From Ferruginibacter sp. (GTDB lineage: Bacteria > Bacteroidota > Bacteroidia > Chitinophagales > Chitinophagaceae), in contig JAOAUI010000361.1 of NCBI GenBank assembly GCA_030157685.1, positions 13,802-77,801 of the forward strand: 64,000 bases of DNA, given 5' to 3'. The notes beneath the pieces were generated by a model. It had not been told where the DNA came from. It saw only the letters and a list, made by a program, of their open reading frames with translations, and searched no databases. Positions 9,037 through 19,323 of the stretch are shown here, in pieces (the stretch's first letter is position 1; each line of letters opens with the position of its first letter). A program made the position numbers and the translations under genes.

Positions 9037-10976
9037 TAATGCAGGTATTTAAACCCTTTACCAATTTTTTTAAGGTCAGTCATTGCTGTATAACCGGCAG
9101 CATACCATTCATCGCTTTTTTGTATACTTTCAACTGGCAGGTCGTTCAGTGCTTGTGGTAAAGCGGTACTTGTAATAACCGGTGCTTTAATGGCAGGTAA
9201 GCCATTTGCTTCAGTTGCATAACCAACCCATGTTTTTTTTCCGGCTAATACTGCAAATACATTTTTATAAAAGGCTGCTGCGTTTTTTTTAATAAAGATG
9301 AGTATTGGTATGGCAAGTATAAAAAATATTGAAAGAGTAATATCCAGCAGTCTTTTATTTCGGCGCTGCAGCGGCATTCCAATTTTGTAATTTGTTGCAT
9401 TGGCTATAAAATCTCCGCTTGTGTTTTTACTGTCGCTGCCAACAATGCTGTTGCTGCCCGATGCATGAAATTTGTTTCTGCTTGTGCCCGGCAAAGCATG
9501 AATGCTGCTGATGATCTCTTTAAAACTTAAACCATTTTCGCAAAAGATTATCTCTTTAACCTGGTATTTTTTTACAAGCCCGGGCAGTTGTTTAATATTA
9601 CCAAGAACAGGTATAGAGCCTGCTGAATCATTACTCACACGCCCCAGGATTCTTTCTGTCATACCTGCGTTCTGCAACATTTCTGCAATGGTAAAAAAAT
9701 CTTTTTCGGCCGCCACAACAATAGTTTGCCGGCGCTGTTCGTTTTCATTGCTTGTCTCCAGGTAATGCCATTTAATAAACAACAGGCGCATGGTGTTCAT
9801 CAATATAAAAGCAAGGGTAATGCCTGTAACTAAAATACCTCTTGAAAACCTGATACTTTCCGGTAGCAAAGCATATACACTTAACAAAACCAATGCTGCA
9901 ATAGCTGTTGATCGTATCAACTGCATTTGTTTATAGCCTTTATCATAAAGGCCACTGTAAAAAGCTGTAATTAAAAACAGCGCTGTAAAAACCGGAAATG
10001 CAAAGAATAAAACATTGGGTGAATAATTTATCTCCTGCCTTATATAATTGCTCCACAATATTCTTGTTAATCCAAAAGATCCTAAAATAATGCAGGCATC
10101 CAATACAGGTAATCCAATTTTTTTGAGCAGTTTACCCAGTGCCGAAAAAAATGCCCTGATGATAATTGCTATCTGTATCAAAAAAATAAATACCCCGGCC
10201 TTGCTTCCGCTGTAATGTTTTTTTACGAATAAACTCATGGCTTTATAAAAAAGCCGCACATAATTTAAGCTTCCTCTTTTAGTGCTTTCCCCTTTAAAAT
10301 GAATAATGGTGCTTTCGGCAAAATAGTAATTCTTGTAACCTGCTTTTTGTATGCGGTAACTCAGGTCAACGTCTTCGCCATACATAAAAAACCGTTCATC
10401 AAAATTTCCAATTTCATCCAGCACTTTTTTAGGTATCATCATAAATGCGCCGGCCAGTACATCCACTTCGTGGTTTTCTTTTTCGGGCAAATGCCCAAGA
10501 TGGTACCTGGCAAATGTTGCAGACCGTGGAAACAACCTGGCAAGTCCAGACAATTTAAACAAAGAAGTTAATGGTGATGGAAAAGCCCGTTTACTCTCCT
10601 TCAAAAAATTACCCGAGCCGTCTATCATGTGTATACCAATAGCACCGGCCATTTTGTTGACTTCGAAAAATTTCAGGCATTTTTCAATGCTGTCTTCAGA
10701 GAGTATCGTATCGGGGTTCAAGAAAAGTATAAAATCTCCCTTAGCTTTTGCAAGCGCCTGGTTATTGGCTTTGGCAAAACCTGCATTTTCGTTGTTCCAG
10801 ATAAAATTTACTGTCGGAAAGTTTTGCTCCAGGTATTCCCTGCTTCCATCTGTTGAGTTATTATCTGCTACTATAATTTCTGCATCAATACCCAAACAGG
10901 CTTTTTGAACCGCATACAGGCATTGCTCCAGGAAATATTTTACATTATAGTTTACTATGATTACCGATAGTTGCAA
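9033..10976 (-). CDS. GT2 glycosyltransferase fused to TM helices and a degenerate sugar-transferase-like C-terminus
   Basis: SVIIVNYN, DNNSTDGS, LNPD, FDERFFMYGEDVDL; then TM helices and KRLLDITLS. Confidence 0.88.
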   Translation of the reverse strand: MQLSVIIVNYNVKYFLEQCLYAVQKACLGIDAEIIVADNNSTDGSREYLEQNFPTVNFIWNNENAGFAKANNQALAKAKGDFILFLNPDTILSEDSIEKCLKFFEVNKMAGAIGIHMIDGSGNFLKESKRAFPSPLTSLFKLSGLARLFPRSATFARYHLGHLPEKENHEVDVLAGAFMMIPKKVLDEIGNFDERFFMYGEDVDLSYRIQKAGYKNYYFAESTIIHFKGESTKRGSLNYVRLFYKAMSLFVKKHYSGSKAGVFIFLIQIAIIIRAFFSALGKLLKKIGLPVLDACIILGSFGLTRILWSNYIRQEINYSPNVLFFAFPVFTALFLITAFYSGLYDKGYKQMQLIRSTAIAALVLLSVYALLPESIRFSRGILVTGITLAFILMNTMRLLFIKWHYLETSNENEQRRQTIVVAAEKDFFTIAEMLQNAGMTERILGRVSNDSAGSIPVLGNIKQLPGLVKKYQVKEIIFCENGLSFKEIISSIHALPGTSRNKFHASGSNSIVGSDSKNTSGDFIANATNYKIGMPLQRRNKRLLDITLSIFFILAIPILIFIKKNAAAFYKNVFAVLAGKKTWVGYATEANGLPAIKAPVITSTALPQALNDLPVESIQKSDEWYAAGYTAMTDLKKIGKGFKYLHY

Positions 10977-11044
10977 TGGCCTTTTTTAAACGGGTGCTGA
11001 ATTCAAATAATTATTTCGTTACTCAAAATACGGTTTTCCTTTGT

Positions 11045-12472
11045 TTATGCTTTAATGCTTTGTTCGTGCCGTATCAGGTTGGCAGGGTCGTACCTGCTTT
11101 TTATTTGCTGAAGCCTTGCATAGTTTGCACCATAATACATTTCCTGCCAGTTTGTAAATTTTATGTCGGGATAGTTTCTGTACTGTGTTTTAATACCGTT
11201 ATTAATGAATAGTGTTTGTACCTGCTGAAATTTTTCTAAAAGTTTGGCTTCCTGTTTTGGCAAATCCCAATAGGTTTGCAGTTCCGAAAAATATGTAAAT
11301 GCCCGGTGCGGAAAGCAGGATGCTTTTTCAAACTCAGCATTTATAATATTACCGCCCAGCGTGTTTACCTGGTAGATCATGCCGGGTGTTGTAAGTACTG
11401 TATCAATTACTTTGTCAATACAGTTTTCAATCTCTGCAAAACTTTTATACAAGCCTGCCGATGCATTTTTAAAAAACAAAGGTTCTCTTCTGCCATAAAA
11501 AACTTTTAACGCCGTGGTTAATTTTTGTGGTGTTGTTTTAGTTGTTTTTTCTGATAAGCCGGATAAAGTATCAATAACTTTTTGCACTTCAGCATTGTGT
11601 TTATCGGCATTGGTTAATAAAATATAAATTGTTTTTCCGTTCAGTACAAATGCCGAAAAGCAACCTGTAGGCAGGCTGGCTGTTACTTCAAACCATTTTT
11701 GTAAAACGGTTTTAGCTTTTGTTGCATCAACTTTATAAGATTTAAAGCGGTAGCTCTGTAATGTGGCCGGGGCTTTATGAACCTTGAATTTCATCTCAGT
11801 TACAACACCAAAATTTCCGTTACCGCCTCCCCTGCAAGCCCAAAGCAGGTCTCTATCATTTGCAGAGTTAACAGTGTTTCCTTTTCCATCAACCATGGTT
11901 ATTTCCTGCAGGCTGTCGCAGGTAAGTCCGTATTTCCTGCCCAGCAAACCATAGCCGCCGCCAAGTGTAAGCCCGCCAATACCCACGCCAGCGCAAGATC
12001 CGCCGGGTAAAATTTTTCCTTTGGGTAATATCTCATCATAGATATTTGATAAGGTGCAACCCGGGCCAACCTTAATTGTGTTGGCATCTATCCATTCAAT
12101 TTTATTTAACAAAGAAAGGTTGATGACCATGCCGCCGTCATTGCAGGAAAAACCTTCCATGCAATGCCCGCCACTTTTAATAGCTATGGGCAAACCGTTT
12201 TGCCCGGCATATTTAACAGCTTCGGCAACTCCTGCTGCATTTGTACATAATGCAATGATCAGCGGAAATTTTTCTATCCGTTTATTAAACCCTTTTCGCA
12301 GCAGTTCATAATCTGCATCTCCTTTTTTAAAATAAGTTACATTGTCGTTTGAAAGTGGTGTTGAATATTTTCCGGCGAATTCAGCAAATCCTTTAAGTGG
12401 TTTTGCAATTAAACCCAGGTTGGCAAACAGCGCAAGTTTTAAGAATTCTTTCCGCTTAAATTTATTTTGCAT
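11045..12472 (-). CDS. FAD-linked oxidase, berberine-bridge-enzyme family, probable Tat substrate
   Basis: KSGGHCMEG (flavinylation His), GVGIGGLTLGGGYG, YRNYPD...YYGANYARLQQIKSRYDP. Start placed at ATG 12472 (MQNKFKRKEFLK, Tat-like) rather than 12490. Confidence 0.85.
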   Translation of the reverse strand: MQNKFKRKEFLKLALFANLGLIAKPLKGFAEFAGKYSTPLSNDNVTYFKKGDADYELLRKGFNKRIEKFPLIIALCTNAAGVAEAVKYAGQNGLPIAIKSGGHCMEGFSCNDGGMVINLSLLNKIEWIDANTIKVGPGCTLSNIYDEILPKGKILPGGSCAGVGIGGLTLGGGYGLLGRKYGLTCDSLQEITMVDGKGNTVNSANDRDLLWACRGGGNGNFGVVTEMKFKVHKAPATLQSYRFKSYKVDATKAKTVLQKWFEVTASLPTGCFSAFVLNGKTIYILLTNADKHNAEVQKVIDTLSGLSEKTTKTTPQKLTTALKVFYGRREPLFFKNASAGLYKSFAEIENCIDKVIDTVLTTPGMIYQVNTLGGNIINAEFEKASCFPHRAFTYFSELQTYWDLPKQEAKLLEKFQQVQTLFINNGIKTQYRNYPDIKFTNWQEMYYGANYARLQQIKSRYDPANLIRHEQSIKA

Positions 12473-12476
12473 AACC

Positions 12477-12511
12477 AAATCTAAAATCATAAATCCGAAT
12501 TCCGAAATCGA
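12477..12511. repeat. Solo degenerate heptamer array (AAATCCG-like x5)
   Basis: AAATCTA AAATCAT AAATCCG AATTCCG AAATCGA. Confidence 0.75.
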
Positions 12512-12515
12512 AGTT

Positions 12516-12523
12516 TATCTTTG
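12516..12523 (+). promoter_or_regulatory. -7 promoter element of suhB
   Basis: TATCTTTG, 4 bp before the ATG at 12528 (near-leaderless if used). Confidence 0.55.
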
Positions 12524-12527
12524 CGCT

Positions 12528-13310
12528 ATGCTAAAAACAACCCTTTTAAATGCAGTTGAAGCCGGTGCGGTTCAGCTGAGGCACTATTTTAATAACGAGG
12601 ATTTAAAGATAAGTAACAAGGAAGGAATCAATAACTGGGTTACAGAAGCCGATCATGCCGCCGAAAAAGCAATTATTGAAGTGATAAAAGCCGATTATCC
12701 CGATCATTTTATTTTGAGTGAAGAAGTTGGAGAAATGGCAACCGGCAGTGATACCAAATGGATCATTGATCCCATTGACGGCACCATCAATTACGCCAGC
12801 GGTATTCCGCTTTGCTGTGTAAGTATTGGTGTAGAGCAGAACGGCGAAATGATATTGGGTGCGGTTTACAACCCTTTCATAAATGAATTGTTTTTTGCAC
12901 AAAAAGGATTTGGCGCATCGCTGAACGATAAAAAAATAAGTGTAAGCAAAAAAACAGAAGTGTTACACAGTTGCCTGGTAACCGGCTTCCCCTATACTTA
13001 TCTTGATATGGAAAACGGGCCGCTGGAAGTTTTTGAGCGCCTGGTACGCAAAGGGGTACCGGTTAGAAGGTTGGGAAGTGCGGCCATTGATCTGTGTTGG
13101 GTTGCAGCCGGAAGGTTTGAAGGTTTTTTTGAACACAGCCTGAGTGCCTGGGATTCGGCTGCCGGTTATTTGATGGTTGAGGAAGCCGGTGGTAAAGTAA
13201 CTGATATGAACGGAGATAAATATTCTCCCTATCAAAAAAAGATTGTAGCAACAAACGGACTGATACATGATGAATTAATAGAAGTAATTCACAACAGAAA
13301 GCTGTTGTAA
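12528..13310 (+). CDS. suhB: Inositol monophosphatase family protein
   Basis: SEE, WIIDPIDGTINY, RRLGSAAIDL, WDSAAG. Start moved from 12342 to ATG 12528 to avoid overlapping the oxidase. Confidence 0.9.
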   Translation: MLKTTLLNAVEAGAVQLRHYFNNEDLKISNKEGINNWVTEADHAAEKAIIEVIKADYPDHFILSEEVGEMATGSDTKWIIDPIDGTINYASGIPLCCVSIGVEQNGEMILGAVYNPFINELFFAQKGFGASLNDKKISVSKKTEVLHSCLVTGFPYTYLDMENGPLEVFERLVRKGVPVRRLGSAAIDLCWVAAGRFEGFFEHSLSAWDSAAGYLMVEEAGGKVTDMNGDKYSPYQKKIVATNGLIHDELIEVIHNRKLL

Positions 13311-13337
13311 TGTAAGATGTTGGATGTACGGTGTACG
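13310..13337. repeat. Left heptamer arm (ATGTACG-like x4) flanking the four-helix-bundle gene
   Basis: ATGTAAG ATGTTGG ATGTACG GTGTACG. Confidence 0.75.
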
Positions 13338-13364
13338 ACAACTTTTAAATCATAAATATGTTTT

Positions 13365-13712
13365 ATGGACTCAGAAGAAATGAAACGCAGAACCAAACAG
13401 TTTGCCATTAATGTTGGGATTTTAACACAAGGTCTTCCTGAATCTCAAATTAACAGGGCATATTGTAACCAAATCATTCGGTCGAGCAGCTCTGTTGGGG
13501 CAAATTACCGTGCATCGAGAAGGGCAAAATCGAATGCCGATTTTATAAATAAATTAAAAATTGTTGAGGAAGAAATGGATGAAAGTTTATTTTTTCTCGA
13601 ATTGTTGGAAGTATTTAATCAGCCTTTAAAAGAAAAGATAACAACTTTACATTTAGAGGGTGAAACTTTATTAAGAATAATTGTTGCTTCAATTATCTCT
13701 TCAAGAAAATAG
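13365..13712 (+). CDS. Four helix bundle protein (23S rRNA IVS protein / Avd-like family)
   Basis: RTKQFA, QIIRSSSSVGANYRASRRAKSNADFINKLKIVEEEMDESLFFLELL. Confidence 0.9.
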   Translation: MDSEEMKRRTKQFAINVGILTQGLPESQINRAYCNQIIRSSSSVGANYRASRRAKSNADFINKLKIVEEEMDESLFFLELLEVFNQPLKEKITTLHLEGETLLRIIVASIISSRK

Positions 13713-13718
13713 AACTGA

Positions 13719-13746
13719 CGTACATCGTACTTTGTAAATCGTACAT
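13719..13746. repeat. Right heptamer arm (CGTACAT-like x4), inverted relative to the left arm
   Basis: CGTACAT CGTACTT TGTAAAT CGTACAT; CGTACAT is the reverse complement of ATGTACG. Confidence 0.75.
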
Positions 13747-13753
13747 TTAAGTT

Positions 13754-14776
13754 ATGGAAAGAACAGAAATATCTTCTCTCGGTGAATTTGGTTTAATTGA
13801 CCATCTTACCCGTAATAACGAAACAAAAAATGCATCAACCATTTTAAGTGTGGGTGATGATGGTGCCGTGATTGATCATTTTGGAAGGCAGACCGTTATA
13901 AGCACGGACTTATTGGTTGAAGGAATTCATTTTGATTTGATGTACACACCATTAAAACATCTGGGTTATAAATCGGTGATCGTTAACATCAGTGATATTT
14001 ATGCCATGAATGCCACACCAACACAAATCGTTTTAAGCATTGCCATCAGTAATAAGTTTAGTGTAGAAGCGTTAGATGAGTTTTATGAAGGTGTGTATGC
14101 AGCCTGCGATCATTACGGTGTTGACCTGGTTGGCGGAGATACCACCACATCGCAACGGGGCTTTGTTATAAGCATTACTGCCATTGGCGAGGTTGCTCCT
14201 GATACTTATGTAAAAAGAGACGGCGCTAAAGTAAACGACCTTATTTGTGTAAGTGGCGATTTGGGTGGTGCTTTTTTAGGATTGACCATTTTGGAAAGAG
14301 AGAAAAAAATATTTGAAGAAACCGGCGCACAGCCTGATCTGGAAAACCGGGCATACATTATTGGCCGCTTGTTAAAACCCGAAGCAAGAAAAGATGTGAT
14401 TGAATATTTTGCTGAACATAAAATTGTGCCTACCAGCATGATGGACATCAGCGATGGGTTAAGCAGCGAAATGCTGCACATCTGCAAACAAAGCAATGTT
14501 GGCTGTGTTTTGTACGAGGACAAATTACCGCTGAATGAAGACAGCAAAGATTTTGCTTATAAGCTGGAACTTGACCCAACAGCCTGTGCATTAAGTGGCG
14601 GCGAAGATTATGAATTGCTGTTTACCGTTTCGCAGGCCGATCATGAAAAGATAACACAGAATAACGGGTTAAGTATTATTGGTTATATAACGGAAGCCAG
14701 CGAAGGAAAAACATTTATTACCCGTGGCGGAAATAAGCATGAACTGATTGCACAAGGGTGGAATCATTTGAAATAA
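13754..14776 (+). CDS. thiL: Thiamine-phosphate kinase
   Basis: GEFGLI, VGDDGAV, NISDIYAMNA, GGDT, DISDGL, GGEDYELLFT. Confidence 0.95.
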   Translation: MERTEISSLGEFGLIDHLTRNNETKNASTILSVGDDGAVIDHFGRQTVISTDLLVEGIHFDLMYTPLKHLGYKSVIVNISDIYAMNATPTQIVLSIAISNKFSVEALDEFYEGVYAACDHYGVDLVGGDTTTSQRGFVISITAIGEVAPDTYVKRDGAKVNDLICVSGDLGGAFLGLTILEREKKIFEETGAQPDLENRAYIIGRLLKPEARKDVIEYFAEHKIVPTSMMDISDGLSSEMLHICKQSNVGCVLYEDKLPLNEDSKDFAYKLELDPTACALSGGEDYELLFTVSQADHEKITQNNGLSIIGYITEASEGKTFITRGGNKHELIAQGWNHLK

Positions 14777-14830
14777 AATAAACAGAAACCTACGCAATGT
14801 TGAGACGTTTTTTTCTCTCAACAGATAAAA

Positions 14831-16333
14831 ATGGAAACTATAAAAAACATTACTGTCTTTTTATTTGTACTGCTTTTATATTCATGCGCCTCATCGAATA
14901 AAAATTTCAATCCCAATAAGAAATATTCAGCTCAAGAGCTGCAACAGGATTTTTCTTTGCTGCGTAATATCCTTGAAAAAAAACACCCTTCGCTTTACTG
15001 GTACACACCCAAAGACAGCATGGATATGTACTTTGATAAATACTACAGCAATATTAAAGACAGCATGACTGAGCAACAGTTTGGCTGGAAAATAGTTGCC
15101 CCACTTACTGATAAGATTCATTGTGGCCACACCAGCTTCAGCAGAAGCAAGGCTTATAACAACTGGGCAGAAGGAAAAAAATTCCCTTCCTTTCCGTTGC
15201 TTTTAAGGTGCTGGAATGATACCATGGCTGTTACCGGTAACCTGAACAGAAAAGATTCTGTTTTAAAAAGAGGTACGCTCATCACTTCTGTAAACGGTAT
15301 TAAAAATGCCGAACTTATAAAAACCATGTTTGGATACATGACCGAAGACGGTTATGCAAGCAATGTTAACTACAGCAGGCTTAGTAACAGTTTTCCTTTT
15401 TATCACCGTAATATTTTTGGCATAAGCAAAACCTATGCGGTAACTTATATTGATAAATCAGGTTTTGAACAACGCATCAATATCCCGGCTTATGGCCTGG
15501 ATGCAGACACTGTTAAAGAAGTAAGAGACAGCACTGTTACTATAAGACCGCCAAAGCCAAAAAAACAAACCCGCCAGGAAAGGTTGCAGGAAATACGTTC
15601 GCTGGCTGTTGATACTTCCAACAACACAGCCATTGTAACCATCAATTCGTTTTCCGGCGGCAGCCTGCGCAAATTTTACAGGCAAACTTTTGGCTACATT
15701 AAGAAAACCGGTATTGATAATGTGGTGCTTGATATCCGCAGCAATGGCGGCGGAAGAATCAGGTTATCTACTTTACTAACTAAATATGTAAGCCGGGTAA
15801 ATTTTAAAGTAGCCGATACTTCTTATGCTGTTGTAAAATCCCTGCGGCCTTATTCAAAATATATTAAGGGCAGTTTTATGGATAACCTCGGCTTGTTTTT
15901 TCTTACCAAAAAGAAAAATGACGGGCTATATCATTTTGGCCATTGGGAAAGAAAAGTAAACAAACCAAAAACAGTAAATAATTACACCGGTAGTTTGTAT
16001 GTACTGATAGCGGGCAATACTTTTTCGGCTGCAGCTTTATTCACCAATGTGGTTAAAGGCCAGCCGGGCGTGGTTTTGCTGGGCGAAGAAACCGGTGGTG
16101 GCTGGCATGGCAATAATGGTATTTTAATTCCGGATATTGTTTTACCCAATACGCATATAAAAGTAAGATTGCCATTGTTCAGGCTGGTACAGTATCATCA
16201 TGCACCCAAAGACGGCCGTGGTATACCTCCGGATATTTACATTGGCACCAACTACAATGCGCTGGTAAAAAGCTTTGATTATAAAATGAAATTTGTGATG
16301 GATATGATCAAGGCAAAGAAAGCCGGGTATTAA
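14831..16333 (+). CDS. S41 family peptidase, lipoprotein
   Basis: Lipobox LYSC; LDIRSNGGG, TFSAA, GEETGG, GIPPD. Confidence 0.85.
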   Translation: METIKNITVFLFVLLLYSCASSNKNFNPNKKYSAQELQQDFSLLRNILEKKHPSLYWYTPKDSMDMYFDKYYSNIKDSMTEQQFGWKIVAPLTDKIHCGHTSFSRSKAYNNWAEGKKFPSFPLLLRCWNDTMAVTGNLNRKDSVLKRGTLITSVNGIKNAELIKTMFGYMTEDGYASNVNYSRLSNSFPFYHRNIFGISKTYAVTYIDKSGFEQRINIPAYGLDADTVKEVRDSTVTIRPPKPKKQTRQERLQEIRSLAVDTSNNTAIVTINSFSGGSLRKFYRQTFGYIKKTGIDNVVLDIRSNGGGRIRLSTLLTKYVSRVNFKVADTSYAVVKSLRPYSKYIKGSFMDNLGLFFLTKKKNDGLYHFGHWERKVNKPKTVNNYTGSLYVLIAGNTFSAAALFTNVVKGQPGVVLLGEETGGGWHGNNGILIPDIVLPNTHIKVRLPLFRLVQYHHAPKDGRGIPPDIYIGTNYNALVKSFDYKMKFVMDMIKAKKAGY

Positions 16334-16334
16334 T

Positions 16335-17123
16335 TCATTCAATATTAAATGAATCCGCATCTTTCCAGAAAGGAAATTTGCTTCTCACATCTTCCAGTAT
16401 TTCTTTTTGCAGTGTAATGGTATTTACATCTTCTTCATCGGCCATATGGTAAAGCACCTGTCCTAAAGGATCAATCACCAAACTATTACCACTGTGGTAA
16501 ACATTTTTGCCATCGCTGCCAACACGGTTTACGCCAACTACATAACATTGGTTTTCGATCGCTCTTGCACACAATAATGTTTTCCATGCATGGCTTCGGC
16601 GGTCGGGCCAGTTAGCAACATAAATGAGCAGATCATATTCTGCACCAGCTTCGTTATTTTTTTGTCTTGCCCAAACAGGAAATCTTAAATCATAACAAAC
16701 CTGTAGATTTATTTTCCATCCTTTTACAGAAGCTATTAATCTTTTATTGCCGGGGCTGTAATGTTTATCTTCTTCGCCAAAGGCAAACAAATGCCGTTTG
16801 TCGTAATAGCCGTATTGCCCATTGGGCAACATCCATATCAGGCGGTTATAAAAATTACCCTCTTCTTCAATCATAACACTTCCGGTAAGAACAATACCGT
16901 TTTCCCTGCTCACTCTTTTCATCCACTCAACTGTTTCTCCTTCCATGGTTTCGGCAAGTTCTTTGGGCCGCATGCTAAAACCGGTGTTAAACATTTCGGG
17001 CAATACAACAATCTCTGTTTTTTCTTCAATGCCTGCAATCTTTTGCTCCAGCATACGCAGGTTAGCCGCTTTTTCTTCCCAGATTAAATTGCTTTGTATG
17101 GTAGTAATTGTAAGGGTTGACAT
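16335..17123 (-). CDS. Nitrilase-family amidohydrolase (YafV/omega-amidase-like)
   Basis: LPEMFNTGF, YDKRHLF, VCYDLRFP (Glu-Lys-Cys triad), ARAIENQ. Confidence 0.9.
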   Translation of the reverse strand: MSTLTITTIQSNLIWEEKAANLRMLEQKIAGIEEKTEIVVLPEMFNTGFSMRPKELAETMEGETVEWMKRVSRENGIVLTGSVMIEEEGNFYNRLIWMLPNGQYGYYDKRHLFAFGEEDKHYSPGNKRLIASVKGWKINLQVCYDLRFPVWARQKNNEAGAEYDLLIYVANWPDRRSHAWKTLLCARAIENQCYVVGVNRVGSDGKNVYHSGNSLVIDPLGQVLYHMADEEDVNTITLQKEILEDVRSKFPFWKDADSFNIE

Positions 17124-17325
17124 GAGTTTGAGTTATACCCAAATTTACGAAACCCGATGTACAATACTCCGCTTATCGGCCATTAAAAAACAAAAGCGTA
17201 GCTTTGCGTTCCACTTCCTTTCACAAGACGGCCTGTTGCAGGCTACGTGGTACATAATAATTTTACTGCTGATTCAGAATTTGCAACGTCTTTGCCAGCC
17301 CACACAAACATAAATAAACCATTTA

Positions 17326-18588
17326 ATGGCATTTAAACAATTAGATCTGATCGATCCTATCCTGAAAGCATTAGTAACCGAAGGATACACAACCCCAACA
17401 CCCATTCAGGCACAAAGCATACCGCTTATTTTAGAAGAAAGAGATTTGCTTGGTTGTGCACAAACCGGTACCGGTAAAACAGCTGCATTTGCAATTCCTA
17501 TTTTACAGTTGCTGTATAAAAACAAAACCGAAGAACGTGGCCCACACAAAATAAAAGTGTTGATATTAACACCCACCCGTGAGCTTGCCATACAGATTGA
17601 CGAAAGCTTTGCAGCTTATGGTAAACATACCGGCCTAACGCATACCGTAATTTTTGGTGGCGTTTCACAATTACACCAAACCAATATTTTAAGAAGAGGA
17701 GTAGATATTTTAGTAGCCACGCCCGGCCGCTTGCTGGATTTAATAAGCCAGGGTTTTATTGACTTGAAATTTTTGAAAATATTTGTACTGGATGAAGCCG
17801 ACCGTATGCTGGACATGGGTTTTATACACGATGTAAAAAGAATCATTACCAAACTGCCGGCAAAAAGGCAAACACTTTTTTTCTCGGCAACCATGCCGCC
17901 CGAAATTCAAAAGCTGGCAAATGTATTATTAACCAACCCGGCTTATGTGGAGGTTACACCGGCATCTTCAACCGTTGATGCTATTGAGCAAAGTTTGTAT
18001 CATGTAGATAAAGCAAATAAACTGAGTCTGCTTCAGTATTTGCTAAAAGACAAAGAGATTGTTACCGCACTGGTGTTCACCCGTACCAAACACGGAGCAG
18101 ATAAAGTTGTAAAATTTTTACATAAAAACGAAATAACCGCAGCAGCCATTCATGGCAACAAATCGCAAAATGCCAGGCAGCATGCTCTAAGCCATTTTAA
18201 AAGCGGAAACCTGCGGGTGTTGGTTGCAACTGATATTGCCGCACGTGGTATTGACATTGATGACCTGAGCCATGTTATAAATTTTGATTTACCGAACGTG
18301 CCCGAAACCTATGTACACCGCATAGGCCGTACTGGCAGGGCGGGTAATACCGGTATCGCCATTTCTTTTTGCGATGCAGAAGAAAGAACCGAGTTGAAAG
18401 ATATTCAAAAACTGATTGGCTTAAATATTCCGGTGATCAACAGTCATCCTTATCCATTAAGCAATACAAATTTTTCAACTCCGTCAGCACCTGCGCAAAA
18501 ACCTAGCCCAAAACGTTCAAGAGGCTTTGGTAGTTATGATAAAGGAAAGAGCAGAAATTTCAGCGGCGGCAGGAGGCAATCAAATTAA
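17326..18588 (+). CDS. DEAD-box RNA helicase (RhlE-like)
   Basis: [29 protein letters not shown]; -7 element TAGCTTTG at 17199-17206. Confidence 0.95.
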   Translation: MAFKQLDLIDPILKALVTEGYTTPTPIQAQSIPLILEERDLLGCAQTGTGKTAAFAIPILQLLYKNKTEERGPHKIKVLILTPTRELAIQIDESFAAYGKHTGLTHTVIFGGVSQLHQTNILRRGVDILVATPGRLLDLISQGFIDLKFLKIFVLDEADRMLDMGFIHDVKRIITKLPAKRQTLFFSATMPPEIQKLANVLLTNPAYVEVTPASSTVDAIEQSLYHVDKANKLSLLQYLLKDKEIVTALVFTRTKHGADKVVKFLHKNEITAAAIHGNKSQNARQHALSHFKSGNLRVLVATDIAARGIDIDDLSHVINFDLPNVPETYVHRIGRTGRAGNTGIAISFCDAEERTELKDIQKLIGLNIPVINSHPYPLSNTNFSTPSAPAQKPSPKRSRGFGSYDKGKSRNFSGGRRQSN

Positions 18589-18657
18589 AATACCCAAGAG
18601 CCGTATTGTTTATGCTGTTTAATAACTGTACATTGAGCGCCTAAACCAATTAATATT

Positions 18658-19188
18658 ATGAAACATTCTTTTGTAAAGTTTTTAGGGGTTGTGGTTCTTG
18701 CTGCCCTTTTCAGTTCATGTAATAACGAGGCTGCCAAAACCGAAACTGCTGGTTTTAGTCTTGACAGTGCCAAAGCTGCCATTGCCGCCAGTAACAAGGT
18801 TTTTGGTGCATGTTTTGCCACCGGCGATTCTGTTGCATTTGCAAATTGTTATACCAGCGATGGTTGTATTTACAATGCCAATATGCCAAAAGTTTGTGGT
18901 ACTGCCGGCATCCAGTCTTTCTTAAGTATTGGTTATAATTCCGGATTACGAAACGTGGTTTTAACAACCGACGAAGTGATGGGCGGAAAAGAAGCTGTTG
19001 TTGAAACCGGAAAATATGAAGTGTTTATTGCCAACAACGTTTCTGTAGAAAAAGGAAAATTTGTAGTGGTTTGGAAAGAAGAGAACGGTAAATGGAAAAT
19101 GCACCGCGATATCTGGAATTCGGATGCACCACCGGCGCCTGCACCTCCACAGGAAGGTGGTAATGACGCAAAACCGGTAGGTAAATAA
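18658..19188 (+). CDS. NTF2-like (YybH/DUF4440) lipoprotein
   Basis: Lipobox FSSC; ETGKY...GKFVVVWKEENGKWKMHRDIWNSD. Confidence 0.8.
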   Translation: MKHSFVKFLGVVVLAALFSSCNNEAAKTETAGFSLDSAKAAIAASNKVFGACFATGDSVAFANCYTSDGCIYNANMPKVCGTAGIQSFLSIGYNSGLRNVVLTTDEVMGGKEAVVETGKYEVFIANNVSVEKGKFVVVWKEENGKWKMHRDIWNSDAPPAPAPPQEGGNDAKPVGK

Positions 19189-19211
19189 CTATCACGTTTT
19201 TATTTTATAAC

Positions 19212-19244
19212 GCCGCCCCTACACAATGTAGGGGCGGCTTTTTT
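19212..19244 (+). terminator. Rho-independent terminator
   Basis: GCCGCCCCTACA-CAA-TGTAGGGGCGGC followed by T6. Confidence 0.9.
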
Positions 19245-19323
19245 ATTTACTTTTTTCAGAAATAAAAATGTTACTTTGAAATACATTATTAAAGTATCAA
19301 TTTCGGTTTCTAATTAATTAGCC

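Noticed and set aside
13365-13712. Avd-like gene as part of a diversity-generating retroelement
   Set aside because: No reverse transcriptase in the window, and no TR/VR pair differing only at adenines was seen
16945-17313. 122-aa ORF, and the many other short antisense or nested ORFs in the track
   Set aside because: They overlap well-supported genes and have no motifs; treated as shadow ORFs
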